From positions 1 through 64,000 of the forward strand of contig CAWHWX010000034.1 of assembly GCA_963833125.1 (NCBI GenBank): a DNA stretch of 64,000 nucleotides, in the 5' to 3' direction. Made by a program: the position numbers and the translations under genes. This document shows, piece after piece, positions 41,984 to 52,974 of this stretch. A model generated the notes under the pieces. The model was not told the origin of the DNA. It saw nothing but the letters and a program-made list of their open reading frames with translations, and did no database searches. Every line of letters begins with the position of its first letter. The stretch's first letter is position 1. This stretch comes from Candidatus Bathyarchaeota archaeon. GTDB taxonomy: Archaea; Thermoproteota; Bathyarchaeia; 40CM-2-53-6.

Positions 41984-42199
41984 GGGCATTCGGCGGGACA
42001 GTATGTGAGAAGCTGAATTAACCGTTGCGCAAGACCCGAGCACATTTCAGCGGATTTCTGAATTTCTAGGATGTGGGATGTGTACCGGAAAGTCGGGGCC
42101 TCGCGTCAATGTGGGCTGGCGCGATCTCGGGCTTGTTCGATAACTGGGCGAGAATTGCATACAATTCCTTGCTGCCTAACATGGGCCGACGGTTGCACC

Positions 42200-42925
42200 T
42201 CAGATAGTGTCGAATGGCGCTCTCGATGTTTCAATCAGGGAGCGTGCTTCTTCGAGGTTCTTGAAAGTGCCAATGTCGTAGTGCCTCTTGCTCGTTAGAT
42301 ATGCGAATACAGGTTTCCCTGCAGTGAGAAGCTGTGGAACAACTTCATTGGAGATGTCGGTATTTGGTTTGCAATATGGGAGTACATCTTTTTCGCAGAT
42401 TAGGATACCCATGCTGACGGGATATTCCTTGAGGATCGGTTTCTCTTCGAAATAGGTGACTCTTCCATCCCCCGCGACTTTAGCAACTCCATACTCCATA
42501 GGGACAGAGGTGCTCATCGCAATCGTGCAAGTTGCTCTTTTGCTCTCGTGGAACCGTATCATATCCCCTAGATTCATGTCGGTAAGAACATCTCCATAAT
42601 AGACTAGGAATCTATCGCCGAGAAGTTTCGATGCTGCGCCGAGTGCGCCCGCTGTTCCAATCCGTTCAGCCACAGAGTATTCGATGTTGACCCCAAATCG
42701 TTTTCCGTCGCCAAGGTGATTTCTTAGTAAATCCGACTCTTTCTCAGAAATCAACATCACAATATCGAGAACCTTGTAATGCTTCAGATACTCCAAAATG
42801 TGTTCGATAACATAGCGGCTACCGATTGGAATCAACGACTTCGGAACGTAGGCGGTGAGAGGATAAAGCCGTGTCCCAGCGCCGCCGGCAAGAATGGCCG
42901 CCTTCAACGAGAAGTCTCCAGTCAA
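42200..42925 (-). CDS. Sugar-phosphate nucleotidyltransferase (NDP-sugar synthase)
   Basis: ILAGGAGTRLYPLT..PK, GTAGAL, YGDV, FEEKP, YDIGT. Confidence 0.9.
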   Translation of the reverse strand: MTGDFSLKAAILAGGAGTRLYPLTAYVPKSLIPIGSRYVIEHILEYLKHYKVLDIVMLISEKESDLLRNHLGDGKRFGVNIEYSVAERIGTAGALGAASKLLGDRFLVYYGDVLTDMNLGDMIRFHESKRATCTIAMSTSVPMEYGVAKVAGDGRVTYFEEKPILKEYPVSMGILICEKDVLPYCKPNTDISNEVVPQLLTAGKPVFAYLTSKRHYDIGTFKNLEEARSLIETSRAPFDTI

Positions 42926-43087
42926 TTTCAGGCACGTGGGGCGTCAAGTAAAAAGTCTTTCATCGAAGGTCAACGGCCCAACGATTCTGCTCGCAGAGAG
43001 TAAAGGTGAAGAATGTGCTCAAGGCGGATTCCGCTTATTAGGAGACTTATCCGGAGCGCTAGGTTGCCGCAAGCGGGGTTGTAGTTA

Positions 43088-44653
43088 ATGGCTCAATCAC
43101 GGGTCGCAGTTGGCAGAGGAGCAACGTCACTCTACATAGCGAATGTCGTTGTTCTGGTAGCCAACACACTGTACTTTCTCATCTTGACCAACGTCCTGCG
43201 CTCGACTTTGGGCGTTGGCGTTGTAACGGCCCTAAACTTGTTGATCTGGTTCCTTGTTACAATATGTATCCTCGCACAACCGGTGACGATGCAATCGCCT
43301 ATACCCGCGCCTCTCGCAGTGCTGAAGTTCATTCCAGACCTTATCGATCGAAATGCACGAGCGGGTGCTGCGAGAGTATTCATGCTGTCGCTTGGAATCG
43401 CTGCGGCGATTGCGCTCAGCACCGGTGCGTTACTTATCATATTTCCAAGCGTGGTGGCCCCACTATTGGGGGGCATCTCTGTTCTTCCAATGTTTATCCA
43501 ACTCGCTGCAGTTGATGTGATTCTCCTCTCTCTCGGCCAAGTTTGCATCGCCTCTCTCATCGCTGTGGGCGAGATGCGCAAAGCTACACTCTACATCATA
43601 TTGTGGAGTATAGCTCGCTATCTTCTGGCTTCCCTTTTTCTGTTCAATTACGCAATCCCGGGCGTCCTCGTGGGATGGATTGTGGGAGACGGCGTGTTGC
43701 TCGCAGTCGCCCTCCGAGGGTCGATCGGAGTATTCGGAGTCTCGGCGGGACGGGCAGAGTTCTCGATGCCGGAATTCGTGAAGTATTCATCAATCACTTT
43801 TGTGAGTGCCTTGATTGGATACGCGATAAACCAAGCAGATAAATTGTTCACCTTGGCCCAACAAGGTCTACCTCAACTTGCAATTTACAATGTAGCTATA
43901 GTTGCTGCCAGCTTCTCAGGATTCGCCCCCTACGCATTGACAACCGTTCTATTGCCAGCATTGTCGTCTCTGCACGCGGCCAATGAAGTGCAGGAGATCA
44001 GGCGTATGGTGCGACATTACAGTAGATTCGTCGCAATCATAGTTCTCCCAGTCGCTGTCGGTTTTGCGTCAATCACCGATGTGGCTCTCAGGATCTTTGG
44101 TCCCACGTACACGAGCGGTTTGGTACCTTCGGTAATCGTATCCTTAACAACTGGGTTGACGGCGGTGGGTGCAGTATATGCGGCGGTACTGTTAGCCGTG
44201 GGTAAGTTGAGGTGGTATACTGGGGCTAACGTTTTAGGTCTTGTTAGTTTAGCAGTTGTCGCCTACGTAGCCACACCCGTCCTGGGTTTATCGGGACCTG
44301 CCTTAGGCCGTGCAAGCCTAATGATTCTCGCGGCTCTGGTCTATGGTTACGCGACCATGAGAAGTGGATTCTTCGAGCTAGATGTCAAAGCGTTTGTCTG
44401 TGCTGCTGCTAGTTCCTTGCTCATGGGGGCGGTCATATTTTTCGGGCTGTGGGTATTCCACACGTTCCTCACAAAACTCTTAATGATCCCCGTTTTCGTT
44501 GCGGTTGGAGCTTTGGTCTACCTTGGATGCTTGCGTGTGTTTAGGCTTCTTCAGAAGGATGATCTGGACTTCATACGAGATCTCGTTCCAGAAAGACTTC
44601 ATCCGCTAGTCGCAATTGTCGCGAGGATAACGAACGTATCGAGCAATAATTAG
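43088..44653 (+). CDS. Oligosaccharide flippase (Wzx/RfbX, MOP superfamily)
   Basis: About 14 TM segments; INQADK...IYNVA, LLPALS, IFGPTY. Confidence 0.85.
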   Translation: MAQSRVAVGRGATSLYIANVVVLVANTLYFLILTNVLRSTLGVGVVTALNLLIWFLVTICILAQPVTMQSPIPAPLAVLKFIPDLIDRNARAGAARVFMLSLGIAAAIALSTGALLIIFPSVVAPLLGGISVLPMFIQLAAVDVILLSLGQVCIASLIAVGEMRKATLYIILWSIARYLLASLFLFNYAIPGVLVGWIVGDGVLLAVALRGSIGVFGVSAGRAEFSMPEFVKYSSITFVSALIGYAINQADKLFTLAQQGLPQLAIYNVAIVAASFSGFAPYALTTVLLPALSSLHAANEVQEIRRMVRHYSRFVAIIVLPVAVGFASITDVALRIFGPTYTSGLVPSVIVSLTTGLTAVGAVYAAVLLAVGKLRWYTGANVLGLVSLAVVAYVATPVLGLSGPALGRASLMILAALVYGYATMRSGFFELDVKAFVCAAASSLLMGAVIFFGLWVFHTFLTKLLMIPVFVAVGALVYLGCLRVFRLLQKDDLDFIRDLVPERLHPLVAIVARITNVSSNN

Positions 44654-44657
44654 ACTA

Positions 44658-44957
44658 TTAATTTGTGGGTAGTGGGAGTCCCTTACAACCGACCTTTCCA
44701 CGTACCCTACGGTTGAAATTCGGACATGTGAAACACTCCACAAATGAGACTTTCTTCAGCTTCACAGGACAATCCACCGCTTCCTTCTTCATCCGCGCAA
44801 GCATCTTGCCCTTGACTGCGCCTTTGATGGCCTCCAACGACTCCTTTGGGCTTGGTATAGCCTTAGGCGGAGCGAAGATGTCGACCAGGTACTTGTCGTC
44901 GGCTCCCAGCTGAACGGCAGGCGCCTTGGTTTCGTCCGCGGAAGAGGGTGTGCTCAT
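44658..44957 (-). CDS. Small Cys-cluster hypothetical protein
   Basis: CPV...FVECFTCPNF.RRV.GKVGC; ATG at 44957. Confidence 0.65.
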   Translation of the reverse strand: MSTPSSADETKAPAVQLGADDKYLVDIFAPPKAIPSPKESLEAIKGAVKGKMLARMKKEAVDCPVKLKKVSFVECFTCPNFNRRVRGKVGCKGLPLPTN

Positions 44958-45127
44958 TGCGACCTCAAGCCTCAGGAAGGGCTCCATTTGAATCCATAAA
45001 GACCTTTCTCATGGTGTTCGTGTTGGTTTTCGGGGTATCGCTGTCAAGAGTGCCCTTCTGACGACTTCTTGAGGAAGCAGTCGGGTAGGTTTCTACGATT
45101 ATTGATATTCGGCTGATTCTACTGGAT

Positions 45128-45892
45128 TTAGCGGAATAGATCAAGTCTTCTACCTAGGAGGAGTTTTCTTGATAGGTTCCCATCCGAGCTTCGTTTCATT
45201 CGATAGAGCCCTCTTATTATGGCCACTGGGGTTCGTTCTCTTCCTTGCCCCATGACTAGTTCAGCGGCCGCAGCCACCTCATCCGCCATAGCCACATACT
45301 TGTACCTTAGACTGTAACCGAACATGTCATCCAGCCCTCGGTAGTCAACGATCGGCTCCATGCCTGCTACGCCTATCGCGAATTCCACTTGCCCTACGCG
45401 CAGGGGGCGACTGTAAGTATCAGCTATTATCACGGCAAGTTGTTTTCCGGAGAGTTGTTCGAGGCGGGTGAGAATTTCATTAGCCGCAACGTCGGAGTTT
45501 GGGGGCAGGCGGCTGTAAATGAATCGGCCTTCAACATTTGATTTGTCTACGCCTGCGTTCAGGCAGACTAACCCGTCTTTCCTACGAACCACAAACGCCT
45601 GCGAGTCAGCGCGCAGAACGCTCGCCGAGTCTTGAAGTATTAGTTCAATGACCCGAGAATCTTTCTTCGTCCGCTTTGACAAGGCCTTAGCTTTTTGCCC
45701 GGGCTTGATTACTGACGTGTCGACCAACAGTCCATTAGCCTTGGACACAATTTTCTGGGAGATTACGACCAAATCGCCGTCATCAAGGATAATGCCTTCC
45801 TCTTTCGCCCTTTCGAAGATCAGTTGCGCGACGTTGTCACCAGGCCTAATCGATCCAAGCTTCTCCAATCCGAATATTGTCAACGTCCGCAA
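45128..45892 (-). CDS. cofE: Coenzyme F420-0:L-glutamate ligase
   Basis: IRPGD, QKIVSKA, NAGVDKSN, IIADTYSRPLR.G, DEVAAAAELVMGQ..E.TPVAIIRG. Confidence 0.92.
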   Translation of the reverse strand: MRTLTIFGLEKLGSIRPGDNVAQLIFERAKEEGIILDDGDLVVISQKIVSKANGLLVDTSVIKPGQKAKALSKRTKKDSRVIELILQDSASVLRADSQAFVVRRKDGLVCLNAGVDKSNVEGRFIYSRLPPNSDVAANEILTRLEQLSGKQLAVIIADTYSRPLRVGQVEFAIGVAGMEPIVDYRGLDDMFGYSLRYKYVAMADEVAAAAELVMGQGRERTPVAIIRGLYRMKRSSDGNLSRKLLLGRRLDLFR

Positions 45893-46201
45893 TTACGACC
45901 CTTCCTCAACATATTTGATTCCCGGCGCGCCTCTACCAATTTACGCTTAAATAAGATGCGACATGCCGTCTGTCATTTTGTGTCAGCAACAGAATCTCAC
46001 CTATCTCGCATATTTCACCTCAGGCTGATTATGCTCTCGCAGGCTGAGAGTAATATGAAGTTGAGAGGAAGCAAACCCCTAACGATAAAACATGAGTAAC
46101 TAAATCGCACGGTTCACGTATTCGTAGTCTGAAGGTGGACGTTTCACTTAAATAACGATTCGCATTCCTACGCAGAGTTCGCATTCAAAGAGATGTAACG
46201 A

Positions 46202-48273
46202 TTGACAATCGAATACGTATTCGCGGCGAGCTTCGTATCCCTTGTTGTCGCAGGAATCTTGGTCAACTGGATCTTGAAACAGGATACGGGAACCGACCGA
46301 ATGAGAGAGATTTCCAGCGCGATCAAAACGGGAGCAGAAGCCTATCTAGCTCGTCAATATCGAACCATCAGCATAATTGCCGTGGTGACCACTGTTCTTC
46401 TAGCCGTGGCTATCCGCGACGCTTCAAACCCCTGGCTGGGCGTTGACACCGCCGCCGGCTTCATGTTGGGTGCGCTTGCTTCTAATTTGGCTGGGTACAT
46501 TGCCATGTTCGTCTCAGTGAGAACTAACGTTCGTGCAGCGAAGGGAGCAATGACAAGCCTAGACCGAGCGTTGAAAATAGCGTTCCGAGGTGGGGTCGTC
46601 TTCGGCTTGGCCGTTGTCTCCTTGAGCTTACTTGGGATCTCGTCGTTGTTCTTAGTGTTTCATGGTGATCCTCGACTTATGGTTGGATTCGGTTTCGGCG
46701 CAAGTTTCGCCGCTTTGTTTGCGCAACTTGGTGGCGGAATTTACACAAAAGCAGCCGACATGTCTGCCGACTTGGTTGGTAAAGTCGAGGCTGGAATACC
46801 TGAGGACGACCCGCGGAACCCCGCGGTAATCGCCGACCTGGTGGGTGACAATGTTGGTGATATTGCCGGACGTGGTGCAGATCTCTTCGAATCCATAACC
46901 GCCGAAAACATTGGCGCAATGATTCTCGGGATCGCACCCGCCGTTTACGTGTTGTTTGGAGTGAACGGGCTGATCTTTCCGCTGATGGCTCGTGCCTTTG
47001 GTCTGATTGGAACTATGGTCGGAGCGTTATTCGTTTACCACCGCAAGAACGAAAATCCGTTCACTTCCTTGATACGGGGGCTCGTGAGTCACAGGCGTAA
47101 TCAGCGCCGTAGGGTTTTACGTGCTTACGATGGTCCTCCTGAACGGGGATTTAGACTACTTCTTCGCTTCGCTCGTGGGCATAGTCGCAGCGTTGGCCGT
47201 TGCACTGATCACAGATTATTATACGTCATACAGAAGAAGCCCGACCTTGGGAATTGCGAAGGCGGCTGAGACTGGCGCTGCTCCCGGCCTCGTTAGTGGC
47301 CTAGCGGTCGGTATGGCGTCTACCGCTCTGTTCATCATCGTGATAGGAGCGGCGATTCTACTTGCGTTCTGGTTGGGTAACGGATTTGCTTCTCTGGGTG
47401 GCAATTTGGATCTTACCGATCCGGCGTTCCAAAAGGGCCTGTATGGAACTGCGATTGCGACGATGGGAATGCTTTCAGTAACTCCGATGGTGCTAGCCAT
47501 GGACGGGTTTGGGCCGATCACTGACAACAGCGGGTGGAATACTGGAAATGTCCGGTGTACCTGCAAAGGCTCGGGCCGTCTCGGACGAGTTAGATTCGGT
47601 CGGAAATACCACTAAAGCCTTGACGAAGGGTTACGGTGTCGCTTCCGCTGCGCTTTCGGCATTCCTGCTTTTCAGCGCGTTCCTGGAGGTGGCGGGTCTG
47701 AAGGGCGTGGACTTATCGAGGCCGGGGGTTTTCGTAGGTGCTTTCATTGGGGCGATGCTGATCTTCTTCTTCAGTTCATTGGCAATCAAGGCGGTAGGAA
47801 ATACGTCGGCAGTAATGATTCGTGAGATCAGGCGGCAATTCAAGGCAATCCCTGGCATTATGAAGGGCACTGCAAAGCCGGACTATTCGCGTTGCATAGA
47901 CATTAGCACAAAGGCCGCTTTGAAGAACATGGTCTATCCAAGCTTACTTGTTGTGGCGGGCCCGATCCTAGTCGGGGTGTTGTTGGGGGCTGAGGCTGCT
48001 GGAGGGTTACTTATGGTTGGGACGGTGGTCGGTGTGCTTATGGCGCTCTTTATGAACAATGTTGGAGCTGCACTAGACAATGCGAAGAAGTACGTTGAAG
48101 CAGGACACTTGGGAGGAAAAGGATCACCCGTTCACGCTGCGACCGTTATAGGCGACACGTTTGGGGATCCGCTTAAAGACACAGCCGGTCCATCGTTACA
48201 TGTCGTCGTTAAACTACTGAACACGATAACCCTAGCGCTTGCACCACTATTCATCTACGCGTTACTTCATTAA
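46202..48273 (+). CDS. hppA: Membrane-bound H+-translocating pyrophosphatase, K+-independent signature; two apparent frameshifts
   Basis: GGGIYTKAADMSADLVGKVEAGIPEDDPRNPAVIADLVGDNVGD, DGFGPITDN, GNTTKA, DNAKK, GDTFGDPLKDTAGP. Confidence 0.93.
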
Positions 48274-48429
48274 AGCCCGAAATACGCTGGATCAAGAAAC
48301 CTATCCTCAAAGTCACACCATCTAACCCTCGACGACTCCATCCCGCCATCGTAGCCAAGGCCCCTTTTCCGTTTATTCTCAAGAAGGAACGCTAATAATC
48401 GGGCGATGGGGTAGCAGCGCTAGGTCGAA

Positions 48430-49641
48430 ATGCTACAGGAAACCGTAAGGCCCTCGAGGAGGGCTGAAGGCGTAGAGTACGCTATTCGTGACATTATCTC
48501 CAAGGCTGAGGAAGTGAGGCGTAAAGGAAAGAGGATCATCCCTCTGAACATCGGGGATCCAGTCAAATATGGATTCGACACACCTGCACACATCAAAGAG
48601 GCAGTAAAGAAAGCGATTGATAACGGCGAAAATTATTACTCAGCTTCTGAAGGGTTGAAAGGAGCTCCGAGAGGCGGTAGCGGAGAAGGAGAACATAGTC
48701 AATCATGCCCAAATTGAACCAAGCAATGTCGTCATCACCCAAGGCATCTCCGAAGCAATCATGTTCTTAACGGGTGCCTTGGTAAACCCGGGTGACGAGG
48801 TGCTAATGCCCGGTCCATGCTACTCGCCATACATTACCTACACGAAATTCTTCGAAGGCAAACCAGTCACTTATAGGACGATGGAAGAGAACGACTGGGC
48901 ACCTGACCTGTCCGATCTCGAAAAGAAAGTCACCGATCGGACACGGCTTATCATTATCATTAACCCTAGTAACCCGACAGGCTCAGTCTACTCGGAAAAG
49001 GCCCTGTTAGGGATTCTGGAAATAGCAGCCGCGCACAACATTCCCGTTGCAGCGGACGAGATATACGATAGAATAATTTTCGACGGCAAATTCACCTCCA
49101 TAACCTCGATCGCCAAAGACGTCCCTATCCTTTGCCTGAACGGATTCTCTAAGGCTTACCTAATGACCGGGTGGCGGTTGGGCTACATTTACACTCAGGA
49201 CCCAACCGAGAGACTGAAGGATGTTTGGGAGGCGATTGAGAAGCTGTCGCGGGTTCGCCTTTGCGCCAGCACGCCCGCGCAATATGGGGGAATAGCGGCT
49301 CTGACGGGCCCGCAAGGACACATCACGCAAATGGTCTCAACCCTAAAACGGCGACGTGACTTCGCGTGGAAACGATTGACTGAGATCGAGGGATTGACGG
49401 TGACGAAACCGCAGGGTGCCTTCTACCTTTTTCCAAAGGTAACTTTGCAAGGGACAAATGGAAGAACGACAAAGAGTTCGTAACTGAACTATTGGAGGAA
49501 ACGGGTGTACTTGTGGTTCACGGTTCCGGCTTCGACCCAGTATATGGTAACGGCCATTTTAGATCCGTCTTCCTTCCCGAGGAGGCAATGATGTCCGAGG
49601 CGTTCGACGCGATCGAAGGCTTCATGAAACGTCACTCATGA
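48430..49641 (+). CDS. PLP-dependent class I/II aminotransferase (alanine aminotransferase-like), frameshifts near 48660 and 49450
   Basis: EYAIRD, LNIGDP, INPSNPTG, DEIYD, NGFSKAYLMTGWRLG, PQGAFY, VHGSGF...FRSVFLP; stop at 49641. Confidence 0.9.
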
Positions 49642-49650
49642 TTGAATTGT

Positions 49651-49663
49651 AAAGGTTTAATTC
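49651..49663 (+). promoter_or_regulatory. Possible BRE/TATA box of rpoP
   Basis: AAAGG-TTTAATTC about 30 nt upstream of ATG 49691/49697. Confidence 0.35.
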
Positions 49664-49690
49664 AAGCTGGAACACGTGGTTTCGTGGTTC

Positions 49691-49873
49691 ATGTCGATGT
49701 CTGAAGATACCAGCGAGCAGCCAGCAGGCATAATGTACGAGTGCATAAGCTGCGGTCAGCACCTAACCGCTGATCAACTGTCCATGACACCAGAAATCAA
49801 ATGCCCATACTGCGGTTATCGGGTTCTAAGAAAGGCGCGTCCTCCGATCGTAAAACGAGTTAAAGCACGATAG
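49691..49873 (+). CDS. rpoP: DNA-directed RNA polymerase subunit P (Rpo12)
   Basis: YECISCG...IKCPYCGYRVLRKARPPIVKRVKAR. Confidence 0.93.
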   Translation: MSMSEDTSEQPAGIMYECISCGQHLTADQLSMTPEIKCPYCGYRVLRKARPPIVKRVKAR

Positions 49874-50046
49874 ATTCCTAAATCCTTGATTTACCACTTG
49901 CTGGAGAAGACATCTACGTAGGTAAGCAGTTTTCCACCCAACCTACACTTACCAAATACTTACATTCTCTCTCGTAGATAGCACCTGTTCTATCGGCGCC
50001 CTCTTTCCCATTTGATTTTTCTCTAGGGCAAAACTTGGCGGATGTT

Positions 50047-50448
50047 TCAAGAAACACTGGGACCCGTCTCTTGCTTTTTTGTGGTTAGATCGGTTATTTC
50101 CGTTGCGAGTTCCTGTTTCGTCTTTCCTAAGGTATTTATGCCCAGACTCTTCGCGGCAATTATGATTGGGTCTTGAGGAGGAGGGGTTGTTGCTTGCTGG
50201 CTAATCTTTGGCGTGCTCGTTGGAGAGTTGACGATAGTTTTGTTAATGGAATCTGTGATAGGGTTTGTGATGGCCTGCAGATCCACAACCGATGTAACCT
50301 CTTTGGCTGCTTTATCGAATTCTCTTTTTGCTTGGCCTATTACTCTGGCCATCTCGGGAACTTTCGATGGCCCCCAGAGGAAGAGTACTATGAGTATCGC
50401 GACTATAACTAGTCCGTCAAGTCCAAAGAGTGGCAATTCTTTCCACAA
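50047..50448 (-). CDS. tatA: Twin-arginine translocase TatA/E
   Basis: TM-WGPSKVPEMARVIGQAKREF; C-terminal AKSLGI..GKTKQEL. Confidence 0.85.
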   Translation of the reverse strand: MWKELPLFGLDGLVIVAILIVLFLWGPSKVPEMARVIGQAKREFDKAAKEVTSVVDLQAITNPITDSINKTIVNSPTSTPKISQQATTPPPQDPIIIAAKSLGINTLGKTKQELATEITDLTTKKQETGPSVS

Positions 50449-50613
50449 TCATGGGCAGCGTTGGGCTCCCTATAAGAATGCTGAATTCCATACTGTGTCT
50501 GGAAAATGAGATCCATGATTCCGTCACCTTGATCTTCGGTTGATTACCCCATTAGATGAATGAATCAAGATCCTGGGGTTCAGAGCAGGTACGCCCTTAG
50601 AGGCATGTCGTGT

Positions 50614-51507
50614 CTAGATTTGTGATTTTCCGCATGATGCACAAAACGACGAGGAGACGTTGCTGCCACAGAACCTGCATGCCATCGTAGCCAACTGGGT
50701 CTTTGGTGAGGCAGAGGTATCCCTTGGGCGATTTCTCTCAATTCTTCTCGCCGCATATGCAGCTATTTCAAAGATCCCAGCGAAGGGAATCATTATGATT
50801 GTAGCAGTAATTGGAGTTGGATCGGGACCGAAGGTCCAGATAATCATCTCCAATGCAATATAAATTGCAATTTTCGTCTTGCCGGATAGAACTTTTGCCG
50901 AGATGATTCCGAACTGCACCAGAAGCACGATGAATACTGGGATGGTATAGAAAATGCCTGATGCCAGAAGAAGCGTGAAGACCCAATTGTAGAAGTCCTT
51001 TATGCCAATGAACGGAACTGCTCCGCCATTAGTTATGAACCAGACAAGAATTTGAAATGTAATCGGTATTATCACGAGGTAGGCCATCGCAAGTCCGAGA
51101 GTGAAGAGTCCGACAAATGCCCCCACGAACCACATGAGGTATTTCCGTTCGTTCGGATAGAGAGCGGGCTTGACGTAGGCATAAATCTCATACGCGATAG
51201 CTGGTGAACCCAGCACTACGCCAATGAGCACGGTAAGGTACATGTAAACAAAAAGAGTGTCCACAAGACCTGATGCTATGAGGGTGGCACCGGTGGGTAG
51301 AAAATCATGTTTCATTTTCTGCATCAGTATCGATACTAGTGGCTTGTATTGGTGCATTGGATCCGAGTATCCCTGAAGGTCGGATGGCAAGAATCCGATA
51401 CTGCAGGTCACCGCAAGCACGATAATTATGATCTTCAGGCGTTTGGTTAACTCCGACAAGTGTTCCCAGATCGTTCCTGCCTTCCCGTCATCCTGTTTCT
51501 CGGACAA
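50614..51507 (-). CDS. tatC: Twin-arginine translocase TatC with C-terminal Zn-ribbon
   Basis: IWEHLSELTKRL, YEIYAYVKPALYPNE, PDPTP, FEI; ends CRFCG...FCASCG. Confidence 0.92.
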   Translation of the reverse strand: MSEKQDDGKAGTIWEHLSELTKRLKIIIIVLAVTCSIGFLPSDLQGYSDPMHQYKPLVSILMQKMKHDFLPTGATLIASGLVDTLFVYMYLTVLIGVVLGSPAIAYEIYAYVKPALYPNERKYLMWFVGAFVGLFTLGLAMAYLVIIPITFQILVWFITNGGAVPFIGIKDFYNWVFTLLLASGIFYTIPVFIVLLVQFGIISAKVLSGKTKIAIYIALEMIIWTFGPDPTPITATIIMIPFAGIFEIAAYAARRIERNRPRDTSASPKTQLATMACRFCGSNVSSSFCASCGKSQI

Positions 51508-51693
51508 AATTCACGCCACAAGTACAATGGATTTGCGTGTGAGCCTAATCACAAACCAGGAATTCGCAAAGTATTGCCGTATTGTAAAGAAAGCATTTGT
51601 GATTGACGCCTTATCGGCAATAGTCATCGTTTAAGCGGGTTCACCTGATTCGGAGGGAGAGCTAAGCGGCGCATCTAATCAGGATAATCGATT

Positions 51694-51999
51694 TCATTTA
51701 GGCGAGGTCTTGTCGGCTATCTCTCTTGCGATCTCTTCTTTCGTCTTACCCTCTGTGCTGATGCCCAGATTCTTCGCTGCGACGATCAATGGGTCAGTTG
51801 CAGGCTGCGCAGTTGGCGTGCCATTGGTAGGAGATGATACTTCCTTTGCTGTTCTTTCAAATTCCTTCTTGGCGAGCCCTATCGATCTTGCCAGTTCGGG
51901 TAACTTCTGCGGGCCCCATAAGAATACGACCAGTAAGATTCCTAGCACAATTAGCCATTCATATCCGACTAGTGCCAAGATTAACACCGAGAAAGGCAT
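51694..51999 (-). CDS. tatA: Second TatA/E paralog
   Basis: GYEW-TM-WGPQKLPELARSIGLAKKEF; AKNLGISTEGKTKEEI; ATG at 51999. Confidence 0.88.
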   Translation of the reverse strand: MPFSVLILALVGYEWLIVLGILLVVFLWGPQKLPELARSIGLAKKEFERTAKEVSSPTNGTPTAQPATDPLIVAAKNLGISTEGKTKEEIAREIADKTSPK

Positions 52000-52168
52000 G
52001 CATCCCGTTTGATATAAGAGTGATGAGCAGATTCTTAGAATTTCCCAGGGACAACCATCAAATGCATTTAAGCTTAGACTATTTTTCCTGCCTAGATTCT
52101 GCTGAATCCCATCGGAAAGGCGTATATCGTCTACGCGGTTTCCGAGACTAGATCGGGTGACTCTCCCA

Positions 52169-52971
52169 GTGACCACAAACGCGGTGCTCAACGAGGTTCC
52201 AGCGCATCACGCTCAGGCTGAATTGGCTTGTGAGGATCTAGGATTCGCGCATACGGTCAAAAATTCATCTTCAAAAACGTGAGCTTAGCCGCCTTCAAAG
52301 ACGAACTTGTCGCAATTATAGGTCCAACCGGAACGGGGAAATCAACCCTCCTTCGAACTCTCGCATATCTAATTCCTCCGACAACCGGCCACGTATTTCT
52401 TGAAGGAAAACAGATAACCCGACCGTCTTCCACAATCTCATTGATTCATCAATCCATTGCAACCTTTCCTTGGATGACGGCCTTAGACAATGTCAAACTC
52501 GCGCTAATCTGCAAGCGAACACCCAATGATGAAGCGGTTCAAATCTCCAAGAAGATGTTAGATCTAGTGGGCTTGAAGGCGGATGAGAATGACTATCCGA
52601 AAGAAATGAGCGGAGGGATGAGACAGAGAGTCGCAATTGCGAGAGCGCTAGCCGCGTCACCTGCAGTTTTATTGATGGATGAACCGTTCGTACACTTAGA
52701 CGAGTTAACCGCCGACGGTCTGAGAAGAGAGATCTATTCCTTGGTCTTCAACCCCGAGACCAGTCTAAAATCCGCAATTCTCGTATCGCATAACCTGCAT
52801 GAAGTCGTGCAGCTCGCTGACAGAGTTTACGTAATGAACGGATCACCTGCCGTGATTGTCGATGAAATTAGAATCGACTTACCGCGGCCAAGGACCGAGC
52901 GAAATCCTAGGTTCCTAGACTATATTGATCGGCTATACGATGAGTTGTCCTTAAAGTCGGCAAGGGTCTGA
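52169..52971 (+). CDS. NitT/TauT-like ABC ATP-binding protein; probable 2-nt indel near 52247
   Basis: GPTGTGKST, MSGGMRQR, LMDEPF, VSH; upstream ELACEDLGF-AYGQKFIFKNV is in a shifted frame. Confidence 0.88.
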
Positions 52972-52974
52972 TAA

